From Dehalococcoidia bacterium (GTDB taxonomy: Bacteria; Chloroflexota; Dehalococcoidia; Plut-88900): DNA of 64,000 nucleotides. Position numbers and translations under genes: made by a program. Below, piece after piece: positions 43,177 to 53,172 of the stretch. The stretch covers positions 128,001 through 192,000 of the forward strand of contig CBDFLQ010000005.1 of NCBI GenBank assembly GCA_965249275.1. Direction: 5' to 3'. The notes beneath the pieces were generated by a model. That model did no database searches. It was not told the origin of the DNA and saw nothing but the letters and a program-made list of their open reading frames with translations. Each line of letters opens with the position of its first letter. Position 1 is the stretch's first letter.

Positions 43177-43260
43177 TGGGGGTTGGCTCAGGTGGTGAGA
43201 GCGCTTGCTTCACAGGCTAGAGGGCAAGGTGTCGAGTGCAGGGTAGGACCTGATTCCCCA
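43177..43260 (+). pseudogene. Degenerate tRNA-Val(CAC)-like sequence
   Basis: D arm GCTC-AGGTGGTGA-GAGC; anticodon arm CTTGC-TTCACAG-GCTAG; TGGGGGT could pair with TTCCCCA; T arm disrupted. Confidence 0.5.
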
Positions 43261-43346
43261 TGATGTTCCCTCTTCTGGCAAGTTTGACATCTCACTGTAT
43301 TGATACCTAACATACGCGGCAGCATACCAATAAAGGCGGTGGAACT

Positions 43347-43679
43347 ATGACCGACGCCTCCATAAAATCTCACGTCAAATACAACTTCATCAAGAGCCAA
43401 CAATATCGAGATATTCAGATTGACGGTATCTGGGGAGGAGTCCATCCCGGAGGATATATACAGATGGCCGTCTTCAAGGATAAATCGCACTTGCCTGAAA
43501 TGGTTGAATACGAAGTAGGTGAAGATGGCCGGATTGGTAAAGAATCATCTCGCGAGTTGCCCGATGGCATTACAAGAGTACTTGAAGTTGATATTGCGAT
43601 GAACCTAAATGTCGCAATAGTAATGAGAGATTGGTTGAACCAGAGAATTAGAGAGTTGAGTCCGCGTGAAGCGCGGTGA
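43347..43679 (+). CDS. Hypothetical protein, low-GC cassette gene 1
   Basis: Protein-like ORF (FIKSQQYRDIQIDGIWGG...REL.DGITRVLEVDI) with a plausible RBS. Confidence 0.75.
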   Translation: MTDASIKSHVKYNFIKSQQYRDIQIDGIWGGVHPGGYIQMAVFKDKSHLPEMVEYEVGEDGRIGKESSRELPDGITRVLEVDIAMNLNVAIVMRDWLNQRIRELSPREAR

Positions 43680-43715
43680 AACCGGAAGACAGACCACTGA
43701 CTGTAGAGGTGTGGA

Positions 43716-44222
43716 TTGAATACCCAGACTCAGGGAGCGAGCATCCTAGACAAGTGCCCCATTCCCAAGGACTCTCCTCTTGGACACATGCGCTTCGAAG
43801 GCATCTGGAACTATGGAATACCTCTAGAAACCGCTGGGCCACCCAGTCATAGGCAATTAGCAAGATCTTCTAGCGGGATGGCCCCATTTAATGTCGATTT
43901 AGCTCTGTTGTTTCCCGACTTGCACGAGAACGTTGAAAACAAGTTCCAGCGCTTGTCCCGTCAGTGGAAGCATGACACAGGGCATATGTCAATGGGTTCG
44001 CGGATTGTAGCGCATCCAGCCTACCTCGAAATAATCGCAATAGGTAAGGCTGCAATTCCGCTAATTCTAGGAGATTTGGCAATGGAGCCGAATCACTGGT
44101 TTTCTGCACTGTCTGCAATTGCCGGCGATGGACCAAACATATCTGAGGAGGATAGAGGGAATATCATGAAGATTTCCCAAGCTTGGCTGGAATGGGGGAA
44201 GAGCAAGAAATACATTGAATAA
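43716..44222 (+). CDS. Hypothetical helical protein, low-GC cassette gene 2 (start uncertain)
   Basis: C-terminal F..L...WK.DTG, HPAYLEII.IG..AIPLIL..L..EPNHWF.AL, AWLEWG. Confidence 0.75.
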   Translation: MNTQTQGASILDKCPIPKDSPLGHMRFEGIWNYGIPLETAGPPSHRQLARSSSGMAPFNVDLALLFPDLHENVENKFQRLSRQWKHDTGHMSMGSRIVAHPAYLEIIAIGKAAIPLILGDLAMEPNHWFSALSAIAGDGPNISEEDRGNIMKISQAWLEWGKSKKYIE

Positions 44223-44225
44223 CAA

Positions 44226-44654
44226 ATGCGAAAAAATTATTGGTGGCTGCCAAGATTGGTTGATTTCGACGTAACTAGTGAAGCAACTCTACAATACAAT
44301 TGCATTGCGTGGGCACTGGGCAATAACTCCTCGTGGTTTGATCCGACTTTAGACTATGCCTACTGGCCTGAATGCATACCGAACGATGTTACCGTAGATT
44401 CCATTGTGGAGCTATTTCGAAGTGAGGGATTTGAGCGGTGTAAGGATGGCAGCTTAGAGCAAGGGTATGAAAAAATCGCTATCTACGCCCTCGAATATGA
44501 AGTCACTCATGTGGCACGTCAACTAGTCGATGGAAAATGGACGAGCAAATTGGGCAAATACGAAGACATAGTTCATTCATCTCTTGAGGACTTAGAAGGA
44601 GACGGGTTCCATTCGTACGGACGATTGACAGCATTTATGATTCGCCCCCATTAG
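44226..44654 (+). CDS. Putative Cys/His peptidase-like protein (DUF7689-like), cassette gene 3
   Basis: YNCIAWALG, YWP, EKIAIYA, THVARQL, GKWTSKLG. Confidence 0.75.
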   Translation: MRKNYWWLPRLVDFDVTSEATLQYNCIAWALGNNSSWFDPTLDYAYWPECIPNDVTVDSIVELFRSEGFERCKDGSLEQGYEKIAIYALEYEVTHVARQLVDGKWTSKLGKYEDIVHSSLEDLEGDGFHSYGRLTAFMIRPH

Positions 44655-44700
44655 CCCACTTTGGATTTGAAACCCCCACTTTGTGAATTGCGGCGCAATG

Positions 44701-44729
44701 TTGACATAAGGTTATTGGATCTTTAGTAT
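44701..44729 (+). promoter_or_regulatory. Near-consensus sigma70 promoter
   Basis: TTGACA-17-TAGTAT. Confidence 0.7.
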
Positions 44730-44778
44730 GCTAGTTACCCTAGGGACTACGGGATTACACCCGAGAATGGAGGGTCGG

Positions 44779-44910
44779 ATGAAAAGGATTCATCTCCTGT
44801 TTAGCCGTCTCGAAATTGATTGTAGCGGCCCCGCCGGAGACACAGGTATGGGCGGCATGATGTTGGGGGCGTCTCCGGTGGGGAACCGGAAGTCCGTCTC
44901 GAGGCCCTAA
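44779..44910 (+). CDS. Possible 43-aa leader or small peptide
   Basis: GGAGGG RBS + ATG between the promoter and terminator. Confidence 0.35.
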   Translation: MKRIHLLFSRLEIDCSGPAGDTGMGGMMLGASPVGNRKSVSRP

Positions 44911-44992
44911 CCAGCAAGCTCCCCTTACGGGATGCTCCTCCGGTTTAGATCACCGGAACAGAAAAGCCAGAGACGGCCAGCAATAATTTTGG

Positions 44993-45047
44993 TATCAATA
45001 GAGGCCCGGGTGCAAAAGCCCGGGCCTCTTGATATTCCTGGCTTTTT
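44993..45047 (+). terminator. Intrinsic terminator-like hairpin
   Basis: AGAGGCCCGGG/CCCGGGCCTCT stem extended by TATCAA/TTGATA; T-tract downstream. Confidence 0.7.
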
Positions 45048-45160
45048 CCTCTTGTAGGACCTCCGGTCGGAGGCGGTCTGTGACGACATGGACGACTCCC
45101 CAAACACTCCACCACTGTAGCGCAGGTGTTGGTTTTGATGTTGGTTGGTGTGCATGCGCG

Positions 45161-45195
45161 TTAGATTCCTCGCGGAGCCTCGGAATGACAGGGGA
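45161..45195 (-). repeat. REP-like palindrome
   Basis: Minus strand reads GTCATTCCGAGGCTCCGCGAGGAATCT, same family as 26958, 27253 and 58983. Confidence 0.8.
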
Positions 45196-45323
45196 GAAGG
45201 GTCTGGTCGAGGGAGAGGGGAGAGGACGCCCCCCGCTCATACTTCGAGAGCCTCCCGCCCCAGGCGGCTCTTCGACATCACAAGCGGCCACACCCCATCC
45301 GACCCAGGAAATGCGAGGTATCT

Positions 45324-45599
45324 CTATGCTTTTGAGAGCTCTTCCAGGAGCTCAAAAATCCTCGGGGCGGAGTCACGGGCCTGGGCTTTAAGCTCTTTGA
45401 GGTCTTCGACGGAGACCATCATCGGGCCTCTGCCGAAGCGGGGGCCGTGGTAGTAGCAGAAGCGTAGGGACTCCTCGCCGTCTTCGTAGCGGAGGAGCTG
45501 GATGGTCGGTTCCCAGTGGGGGCGCATCACGCTCACCTCTTCCACCACCTGTCCACCACCCCAGGGGAAGCTGAACGGTCTTGGTAGCTGTCTGTCCAC
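45324..45599 (-). CDS. Hypothetical protein
   Basis: Follows ruvA closely with a GGAG RBS; protein-like composition. Confidence 0.7.
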   Translation of the reverse strand: MDRQLPRPFSFPWGGGQVVEEVSVMRPHWEPTIQLLRYEDGEESLRFCYYHGPRFGRGPMMVSVEDLKELKAQARDSAPRIFELLEELSKA

Positions 45600-45611
45600 G
45601 GCGTTGCGCTC

Positions 45612-46193
45612 CTACCCGGAGCCTAATCCCTGGAGCACCAGCATGATCTTCTCTTCCAGGGGGGTGGCGGGGTCTATGTTCATGCCCGACAGCGCCGCAC
45701 GGGCCTCGGCCGGCGCGTAGCCCAGGGCCGAGAGGGCTGCTACAATTTCGTCGAGGTCGGGCCTCGGCGATACGGTTGCCTCTCCCCACTCCCGCTCCAG
45801 CTTACCCTTCAATTCGAGAATCAGCCGACCCGCTGTCTTTTTCCCCAGCCCGTTGACCCGCGTTAGAGAGCCCGTGTCCTCTGCGCCTATTGCCCCGGCC
45901 AACTCTCGAGGCGACATGGTTGATAGGATGCTTAGCGCGAGTCTCGGGCCCACCCCAGACACCCCGATCAGCATGACGAACAGATCCCGCTCCTCCAGCG
46001 AGCCGAACCCGTACAGCGACAGGACCTCTTCCCGGATGTAAAGGTAGGTGTGCAGCCGCACGGACCCGCCGACTGGCCCCACCGTCCCGATGGTCGAAGT
46101 CGGGGCGAAGACCTCCAGGCTCATGGGCCCGATGTCCACGGTGAGGGAATCGTCGGATATCGCTTCCAGGGTGCCGCGCAGGCCGGTAATCAC
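45612..46193 (-). CDS. ruvA: Holliday junction branch migration protein
   Basis: LHTYLYIREE..SLYGF, VSGVGPRLAL, GLGKKTA.RLILELKGK, ALSALGY. Confidence 0.97.
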   Translation of the reverse strand: MITGLRGTLEAISDDSLTVDIGPMSLEVFAPTSTIGTVGPVGGSVRLHTYLYIREEVLSLYGFGSLEERDLFVMLIGVSGVGPRLALSILSTMSPRELAGAIGAEDTGSLTRVNGLGKKTAGRLILELKGKLEREWGEATVSPRPDLDEIVAALSALGYAPAEARAALSGMNIDPATPLEEKIMLVLQGLGSG

Positions 46194-46197
46194 AGTC

Positions 46198-46701
46198 CTA
46201 CCCCTGCGCGCTCTCGGCGATCAGCCGTGCTCGGGCGCTTTGCTGGATATGGCACAGGGCCACGGCCACGGCGTCGGAGGCGTCCAGGGAGTCGGGGTAC
46301 GCGTCCAGGTCCAGCTGGAGGCATACCATCTCCCGCACCTGCTCCTTGTCGCTGCCTCCGTGTCCCGTGACGGCCATCTTCACCTGCCTGGGGCTGTATT
46401 GAGAAACTCCGGATCCAGCCTCGGCGGCCGCCAGAAGGGCAACCGCGTTGGCCTGCCCTATAAGCATCGCCGAGCGGACGCTCTTGTAAACGAAGGGCTC
46501 TTCCACCGCCACCTCATCCGGCGAGTACTGCTCGATGAGCTCCCGAAGCCCGTTGTACAGCTTGTGTAGGCGTTCTGGGATTGGCCGGGAGGATGGGGCT
46601 TTCAGCACACCGCATGAGACCAGGCTGGGACCCGCGTCGCTGTCGTCCAGGACTCCGTAGCCCATGTTAATGGTGCCCGGGTCGACGCCCAACACTCTCA
46701 G
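46198..46701 (-). CDS. ruvC: Holliday junction resolvase (probable CTG start)
   Basis: RVLGVDPG, AVEE, VKMAVTG.G...KEQV, DASDAVAVALCH. Confidence 0.97.
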   Translation of the reverse strand: MRVLGVDPGTINMGYGVLDDSDAGPSLVSCGVLKAPSSRPIPERLHKLYNGLRELIEQYSPDEVAVEEPFVYKSVRSAMLIGQANAVALLAAAEAGSGVSQYSPRQVKMAVTGHGGSDKEQVREMVCLQLDLDAYPDSLDASDAVAVALCHIQQSARARLIAESAQG

Positions 46702-46728
46702 CAGGACACCTCGCTTAATCTGTACCGG

Positions 46729-47487
46729 TCAGTTCTCTTCGCCGTACCTCTGCAGGGCCTCGGGTGGAAAGTCAGCGTTGCTGTAGACCCGCTGGATATC
46801 GTCCAAGGACTCCAGCTTGTCCATCAGCCGGAGGGCTTGAAGGGCGCCCTTTTCGTCCAGCTCGACCACGTTCTTGGGGATCAGGGACAGTTCCGCGGAG
46901 TCTATTGTGACGTTGTGCCCCTCCAGCTCCTTGCGGACCGACTCCAGGTTCTCGGGCCTGGTATAGACCTCGAGCACCGAGTCCTCGATCTTCACGTCGT
47001 CGGCCCCCGCGTCGATGGCCGTGAGGGCCACCTCCTCGGGGTCTTCCGATCCCGGTGCGATCATGATCACGCCCTTGGAGTCGAAGTTCCAGGCAACGGA
47101 GCCCGTCTCCCCCAGGTTGCCGCCGTTGCGGGTGAGGGTGCTGCGGACCTCCGCCACGGTGCGGTTCTTGTTGTCCGTGACGGCCTGGAGCATCAGGGCC
47201 GCGCCGCCGGGGCCGTAACCTTCGTAGGTCACTTCCAGCAGGTCGTCGGCGCTGCCCCCGTCACCCGAGGCCTTCTTTATTGCCCGGTCTATGTTGTCCA
47301 AGGGCATATTGTTGTCTCGTGCCCTCTGGACTGCTAGGCGCAGGCTGAAGTTGGTGTCTGCGTCGGGGCCCCCCCGGCGCACCGCAACGGATATCTCCCG
47401 GCCCAATTTGGTGAAGAGTTGACCGCGGCGGGCGTCGTTAGCGCCCTTCTGCCTTTTGATGGTGGACCATTTGGAGTGTCCCGACAT
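46729..47487 (-). CDS. yebC: YebC/PmpR family protein
   Basis: MSGHSKWSTIKRQKG, YEGYGPGG, TDNKNRT, DDIQRVYSN. Confidence 0.97.
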   Translation of the reverse strand: MSGHSKWSTIKRQKGANDARRGQLFTKLGREISVAVRRGGPDADTNFSLRLAVQRARDNNMPLDNIDRAIKKASGDGGSADDLLEVTYEGYGPGGAALMLQAVTDNKNRTVAEVRSTLTRNGGNLGETGSVAWNFDSKGVIMIAPGSEDPEEVALTAIDAGADDVKIEDSVLEVYTRPENLESVRKELEGHNVTIDSAELSLIPKNVVELDEKGALQALRLMDKLESLDDIQRVYSNADFPPEALQRYGEEN

Positions 47488-47566
47488 GGCGTTTAACTCC
47501 CTGAAGATTCCCGAAACCAACGACGCTTCGGAACTTTATTATAGCGGATGAGCGGGGAGGCGCGGC

Positions 47567-48085
47567 TCAGAGCAGCTCCGTATTCTCCACGACCATCCGA
47601 CCGGCTTCCAGGTCGATCTCAGCGACGAACTGCGGCAGGGCCGGGACCAGGCGCTCGCCGCCCGACCCCTTTATAAGATAGACGTCGTTACCGCCCGTTT
47701 CCAGCACGTCCGTCACCCGGCCAACCTCGTCGCCGTCCCTGGTGACGGCCAGCAGGCCGATTACCTGGAAACGGTAATACTCACCCTCGGGGAGGGGGTG
47801 GAGGTCGGACTCAGGGACATGCAGGGCGCAGTCACGCAGGTCGTCGGCTTGCTCCGGGGTGTCGACACCCTTCAGCTTCAGCAACCAGCGGCCCTTGTGG
47901 GGCTGGCTCGCCGAGATTTCGAAGGATTGGCCCTCGATGAGGATGGCGCAGCCCGGCGCGAAACGTTCTGGGAAGTCCGTTAAGGGATGGATGACGATCT
48001 GGCCCCTCAGTCCGAAGGGCTTAATGACACGGCCGACCGTAATTAGGCCGGGGGATTCTTGTTCAGGTTGGGACTCGGGTTCCAT
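47567..48085 (-). CDS. rimM: Ribosome maturation factor
   Basis: VGRVIKPFGLRG, LPEGEYY, ETGGNDVY, LVPA. Confidence 0.95.
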   Translation of the reverse strand: MEPESQPEQESPGLITVGRVIKPFGLRGQIVIHPLTDFPERFAPGCAILIEGQSFEISASQPHKGRWLLKLKGVDTPEQADDLRDCALHVPESDLHPLPEGEYYRFQVIGLLAVTRDGDEVGRVTDVLETGGNDVYLIKGSGGERLVPALPQFVAEIDLEAGRMVVENTELL

Positions 48086-48112
48086 GGTGCAGGAAGCCCG
48101 TGAGCGGAGCTG

Positions 48113-48340
48113 CTATACGATCTCGAGGACTGCCCTAACTCCGCGCTTGGCTGCGCCAACGCGGAGCAGAGTTCTCATCGCCTGGGCAACCCGGCCTTCT
48201 CGGCCGATAACCTTGCCCTTGTCGTCGGGGGCGACTTCCAACCGGATGATTATCCGGTCGTCCTCTTCCTCCTCGGTCACCACCACGTCGTCCGGAGAGT
48301 CGGCGATGAACCGGGCGAGGTATTCGATCAGCTCTTTCAC
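48113..48340 (-). CDS. khpA: KH-domain RNA-binding protein
   Basis: [21 protein letters not shown]; lies between rpsP and rimM. Confidence 0.93.
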   Translation of the reverse strand: MKELIEYLARFIADSPDDVVVTEEEEDDRIIIRLEVAPDDKGKVIGREGRVAQAMRTLLRVGAAKRGVRAVLEIV

Positions 48341-48594
48341 CCTTCCTTCACCTTTTCCAAGGTGCCGGCCCTCTTCAGGAGCTTGGCGACGCTATCCGTG
48401 GGCTGTGCACCCTTCCTGAGCCAACCGATCGCCTTCTCTTCATCAATGGTGAGAGCAGGCGGGTCGGGGATGGGATCGTAGTGGCCGATGTTCTCGACGT
48501 ACCGGCCGTCCCTGGGGGAGCGGGAATCGGCGACGACAACCCTGTACTTGGGGTTCTGCTTGGACCCGACACGGCGAAGCCTGATTTTTAGCAT
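48337..48594 (-). CDS. rpsP: 30S ribosomal protein S16
   Basis: [34 protein letters not shown]. Confidence 0.98.
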   Translation of the reverse strand: MLKIRLRRVGSKQNPKYRVVVADSRSPRDGRYVENIGHYDPIPDPPALTIDEEKAIGWLRKGAQPTDSVAKLLKRAGTLEKVKEG

Positions 48595-48676
48595 TTATTG
48601 CTTTTTCCATACGTAATCGGAGCGCGCCTACACGGTGGAGGCGGCCCGAACGTTTTGTTTGGTAGAATTGCAGCGA

Positions 48677-48706
48677 ATTCTAGCTTTGCAAGGCTGTCAT
48701 TGTCAA
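48677..48706 (-). promoter_or_regulatory. Promoter of the rpsP operon
   Basis: TTGACA-18-TAGAAT on the minus strand. Confidence 0.7.
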
Positions 48707-48716
48707 ACTAAGGAAT

Positions 48717-48864
48717 GGCAGCGGCTCACGGTCGCGCAGGAACTCTCCCCTTGTCAACAACTATGGTAGTCCACCGGCCTCATCCCCGTCCTGAGACTAG
48801 CCGAGAAACGGTGCGTGACATCGCTGCGTTTCTTGAACGCGTTGGAGGGATTACTAATGCTTGA
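48717..48864 (+). pseudogene. hicA: HicA toxin remnant (C-terminal half)
   Basis: GSGSR fragment, then MVVHRPHPRPETSRETVRDIAAFLERVG overlapping the hicB start; N-terminus missing. Confidence 0.7.
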
Positions 48865-49195
48865 ATACAAGGGCTACGTAGGAGAAGTCGTATTCGATGA
48901 CGAGGCGGGGGTTCTACATGCCAGGGTAATCAACAGCGGCTCCTATCCGATAGCCAATGCCGAGGCCCCCGACGCGGAGGAGATCAGGCGGGAGTTCCGA
49001 ATCTCCATTGACGAGTACCTCGCTTCTTGCAAAGAGTTGGGTATTGAGGCGGTCAGACCCTTTTCAGGAGATCTTCGTCTCCGTCTGGGCTCTGAGCTTC
49101 ACCGACGGGCTACGATGGCAGCAATGGAAGCCGGTGTGAGCCTTAACGCCTGGATTAGACAGGCCGTCGAGACTGCAACCAAGATAAGAAACTAG
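48857..49195 (+). CDS. hicB: HicB antitoxin with RHH
   Basis: MLEYKGYVG...F..SIDEYL..C, PFSG...LRL..ELH, GVSLNAWI. Confidence 0.92.
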   Translation: MLEYKGYVGEVVFDDEAGVLHARVINSGSYPIANAEAPDAEEIRREFRISIDEYLASCKELGIEAVRPFSGDLRLRLGSELHRRATMAAMEAGVSLNAWIRQAVETATKIRN

Positions 49196-49349
49196 CGAAG
49201 GACTTGAGGCAGGATATGGAGGCCGAGGCTCGGGCTGCTCTTGACCAGGGGCTTTCCCCTTGTCAACGTGAAAGGTGTTAGTTAGAGTAGCGAGACTTAA
49301 GGCCCGATTTGTAAAGAGGCTCCAGGTCGGAGCCTGGGAGGTTGCTCAG

Positions 49350-49745
49350 TTGTCCATTACACTTTCAGAAGCCGAAACTATCCTCGCCGCCGCAAAGGCG
49401 GAGGCCCGCAGCATGGGCGTGACCATCAGCGCGACTGTAGTGGACGCGAGGGGAGACTTCAAAGCCGGGTTCCGCATGGACGGCGTCGGGTGGTTTACCG
49501 CCGACGTCTGCAGGGGCAAGGCTTTCGCCTCGGCCAACTTTGGCGTCCCCACCACCGACTTGGCGGAGCTGGCCGGTAACCCGGTATTTCAGAGCCTGGT
49601 AGCCATGCAGGGGGGTCGCATGGTCCTTGGTAAGGGCGCAGTGCCCATCAAGAAGGGCGATGACGTGATCGGGGCCATAGGCGTGAGCGGCGGTACGGCC
49701 CAGGAAGACGAAGACATCGCCATTGTCGGGGCCCGGGCTATTTAG
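49350..49745 (+). CDS. GlcG/HbpS heme-binding family protein
   Basis: ATVVDARG...RMDG, GKAF, GAVPI, IGAIGVSGGT..EDE. Confidence 0.9.
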   Translation: MSITLSEAETILAAAKAEARSMGVTISATVVDARGDFKAGFRMDGVGWFTADVCRGKAFASANFGVPTTDLAELAGNPVFQSLVAMQGGRMVLGKGAVPIKKGDDVIGAIGVSGGTAQEDEDIAIVGARAI

Positions 49746-49803
49746 CGCCCGCACATATTAAGAAGACCCGCAAATATCGACCCAAGAACGGGAGCATACA
49801 GAC

Positions 49804-50958
<1,155 letters not shown>

Positions 50959-51148
50959 TCCACCAATTTAGAACTCGCGATAAGGCTCGGCCCTTCTAGA
51001 GGCCGGGCCTTTCCTTTAGTGGAAGCGTCGTCCTGCTCCCGCGCCATAGGTAAATCCTGAAAGAGCAACCCGCGGGCTCTCGGAAGCGTACTTTTTTGGA
51101 CGGCGAACCCCCTCCCCGAAAGCCCCCAAAACTCGTCCCGCAACCCCC

Positions 51149-51234
51149 TTGACATGCTTTGTGAAAGATATTACAGTCTCATATATACGTCACTATAAGA
51201 CATACATATATCTTTATAAATACGCAAGCATATA
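51149..51234 (+). promoter_or_regulatory. Sigma70 promoter followed by three CATATA repeats (candidate operator)
   Basis: TTGACA-17-TACAGT; CATATA at 51180, 51205 and 51229. Confidence 0.6.
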
Positions 51235-51286
51235 AATGTATGCACTGCAACGTACTGCCAGGCTCGTATGTGGCGGATGGGATGCT

Positions 51287-52012
51287 ATGAACTTGAGATC
51301 ATCGAACGGCGTTCAGGACCTGGAACGAGATCCCCTTACCGGGCTCTATACACGCGCCTCGGCCAACCGCATCGTCAAGATCGGCATCGAGGAAGCGCAA
51401 GGCGACGAGGGTGTCATTTCGGTGGCCCTCCTCGACATCGACCGCTTCGAGCACTTCGATGAAGAGCACGGGCTCTCTGCAGGAGACGCCCTCTTAAAGT
51501 CGGTCTCCGAAATCATTCTCGCCGCCGAGACGGGCGCCGACGCCATATCCCGATACAGCCGGGACACCTTCCTCCTCGTCTTCCCCGGCAGGGGCCCCGA
51601 GGATGCCCTCCTCGCAGCCGAGAAAGTCCGCTCCTTCTTTGACACCAACCCCCTTATTCTCGGCCATCAGGATGAACCCCTGGAGGTCAAGGTCTCCCTG
51701 AGCAGCGGCGTCGCATCCTACCCCAACCAGGCCCACGACGACCGGGACCTGCTCCGCAAGGCCCAGGGCGCGCTCGTCCGTGCCAAGGAGACGGGCCGGG
51801 GGCGCACCAATCTGTGGCAGCGCTCCAAGGAGACCCGCATGGCCCTGAAGACCAGCTACTACGCCCAGACCCAGCTCGACCAGCTTTCCGAGCTGGCCGA
51901 CGAACTGTCCAGAAGCGAGGCGTCGCTCCTCCGGGAGGCCATGGACGACCTGCTCTGGAAGTTCTACAGCCTTCGAGTCCGGCCCCCCGAAGAACCGAGG
52001 GGCAAGAAGTAG
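51287..52012 (+). CDS. Degenerate GGDEF domain fused to a C-terminal ribbon-helix-helix domain
   Basis: DPLTGL, LDIDRF, GDALL, S.GVASYP; GGDEF motif reads SRDTF; C-terminal YY.QTQLDQL..L....RSEASLLREAMDDLL. Confidence 0.85.
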   Translation: MNLRSSNGVQDLERDPLTGLYTRASANRIVKIGIEEAQGDEGVISVALLDIDRFEHFDEEHGLSAGDALLKSVSEIILAAETGADAISRYSRDTFLLVFPGRGPEDALLAAEKVRSFFDTNPLILGHQDEPLEVKVSLSSGVASYPNQAHDDRDLLRKAQGALVRAKETGRGRTNLWQRSKETRMALKTSYYAQTQLDQLSELADELSRSEASLLREAMDDLLWKFYSLRVRPPEEPRGKK

Positions 52013-52055
52013 GCTGTTCCAAACCTGAGATCAAACATTTTAGGAGGTTTCAAAA

Positions 52056-53039
52056 TTGGAAAAGTTCGTGAAAGCCATGCCCAAGCGGCGCCTTACCGCT
52101 GTGCTGCTTGCAAGCCTGTTGCTTGTGGCAGCGGCGGCGGCGTGTGGTGGTAAAGACGCCACTTCGTCCACCGGGGACGCCACGACGGAAGAGCTGAGCG
52201 GCACAATCGAAATCGACGGCTCCAGCACAGTCTTCCCCGTGACTGCGGCGGTGGCGGAAGAGTTCCGCAAAGAGCACGGCGACGTGAACATCAACGTCGG
52301 ATTCTCCGGGACTGGCGGCGGCTTCAAGCGCTTCACCGCAGGCGAAACGGTGATCAGTGACGCCTCAAGGCCCATCAAGGAGTCGGAGATTGAGGCGGCA
52401 GATGAAAACGGCATCGAGTACATCGAGCTCAGGATCGGCACCGACGGTATTTCCGTCATGGTCAGCCTCCAGAACGACTTCATCGACTGCCTGTCCATCG
52501 ACCAGTTGCACGAAATCTGGAAGCCCGAGAGCACGGTCTTCAAGTGGACCGACATCAACCCCGACTGGCCGGACAACGACTTCAACCTCTACGGCCCGGG
52601 CACTGACTCCGGCACATTCGACTATTTCACCGAAGAGGTCAACGGTGAGGCCAAGGTCAGCAGGGCAGACTACACGGCCAGCGAGGACGACAACGTCCTA
52701 GTGCGCGGCATTGCAGGCGACCGCAACGCCCTGGGTTACTTCGGCTACGCTTACTACGCAGAGAACGCAGACAAGCTGAAGGTCATTGGCGTCGACAGCG
52801 GCGACGGTTGCGTACTCCCCTCTGCCGAGACAATCGAGGATGGCCGCTACTCACCGCTCTCCCGGCCCCTGTTCATCTACGTGTCGGTTGAAGAACTGAA
52901 GACCAGTCCGGAGGTCGCCACCTTCGTCGACTTCTTCCTGGACAACGCCCCGACCTTGGTCAGGGAAGTCGGCTACATCCCCGAAGCGCCCTCCGTCTAC
53001 GACGAGGGCCGGGCACAGGTGGCTGCAGCCAAACAGTAA
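52056..53039 (+). CDS. pstS: Phosphate ABC transporter binding lipoprotein
   Basis: Lipobox AAAC; IDGSSTVFP, SGTGGGFKRF, DSGTFDYF, YSPLSRPLFIY. Confidence 0.96.
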   Translation: MEKFVKAMPKRRLTAVLLASLLLVAAAAACGGKDATSSTGDATTEELSGTIEIDGSSTVFPVTAAVAEEFRKEHGDVNINVGFSGTGGGFKRFTAGETVISDASRPIKESEIEAADENGIEYIELRIGTDGISVMVSLQNDFIDCLSIDQLHEIWKPESTVFKWTDINPDWPDNDFNLYGPGTDSGTFDYFTEEVNGEAKVSRADYTASEDDNVLVRGIAGDRNALGYFGYAYYAENADKLKVIGVDSGDGCVLPSAETIEDGRYSPLSRPLFIYVSVEELKTSPEVATFVDFFLDNAPTLVREVGYIPEAPSVYDEGRAQVAAAKQ

Positions 53040-53172
53040 GCCATAAACAAGACAACAACCTAATTTCCCTCCGTCTTTAAGGGGAGTGGCGGCGCCCAAA
53101 CGCGCCGGGGTGGGACAGCCGCTCCCCTCATTCTTGCCAAACAATTAGGGAAAGGCCCACAAAGCTCTTATA

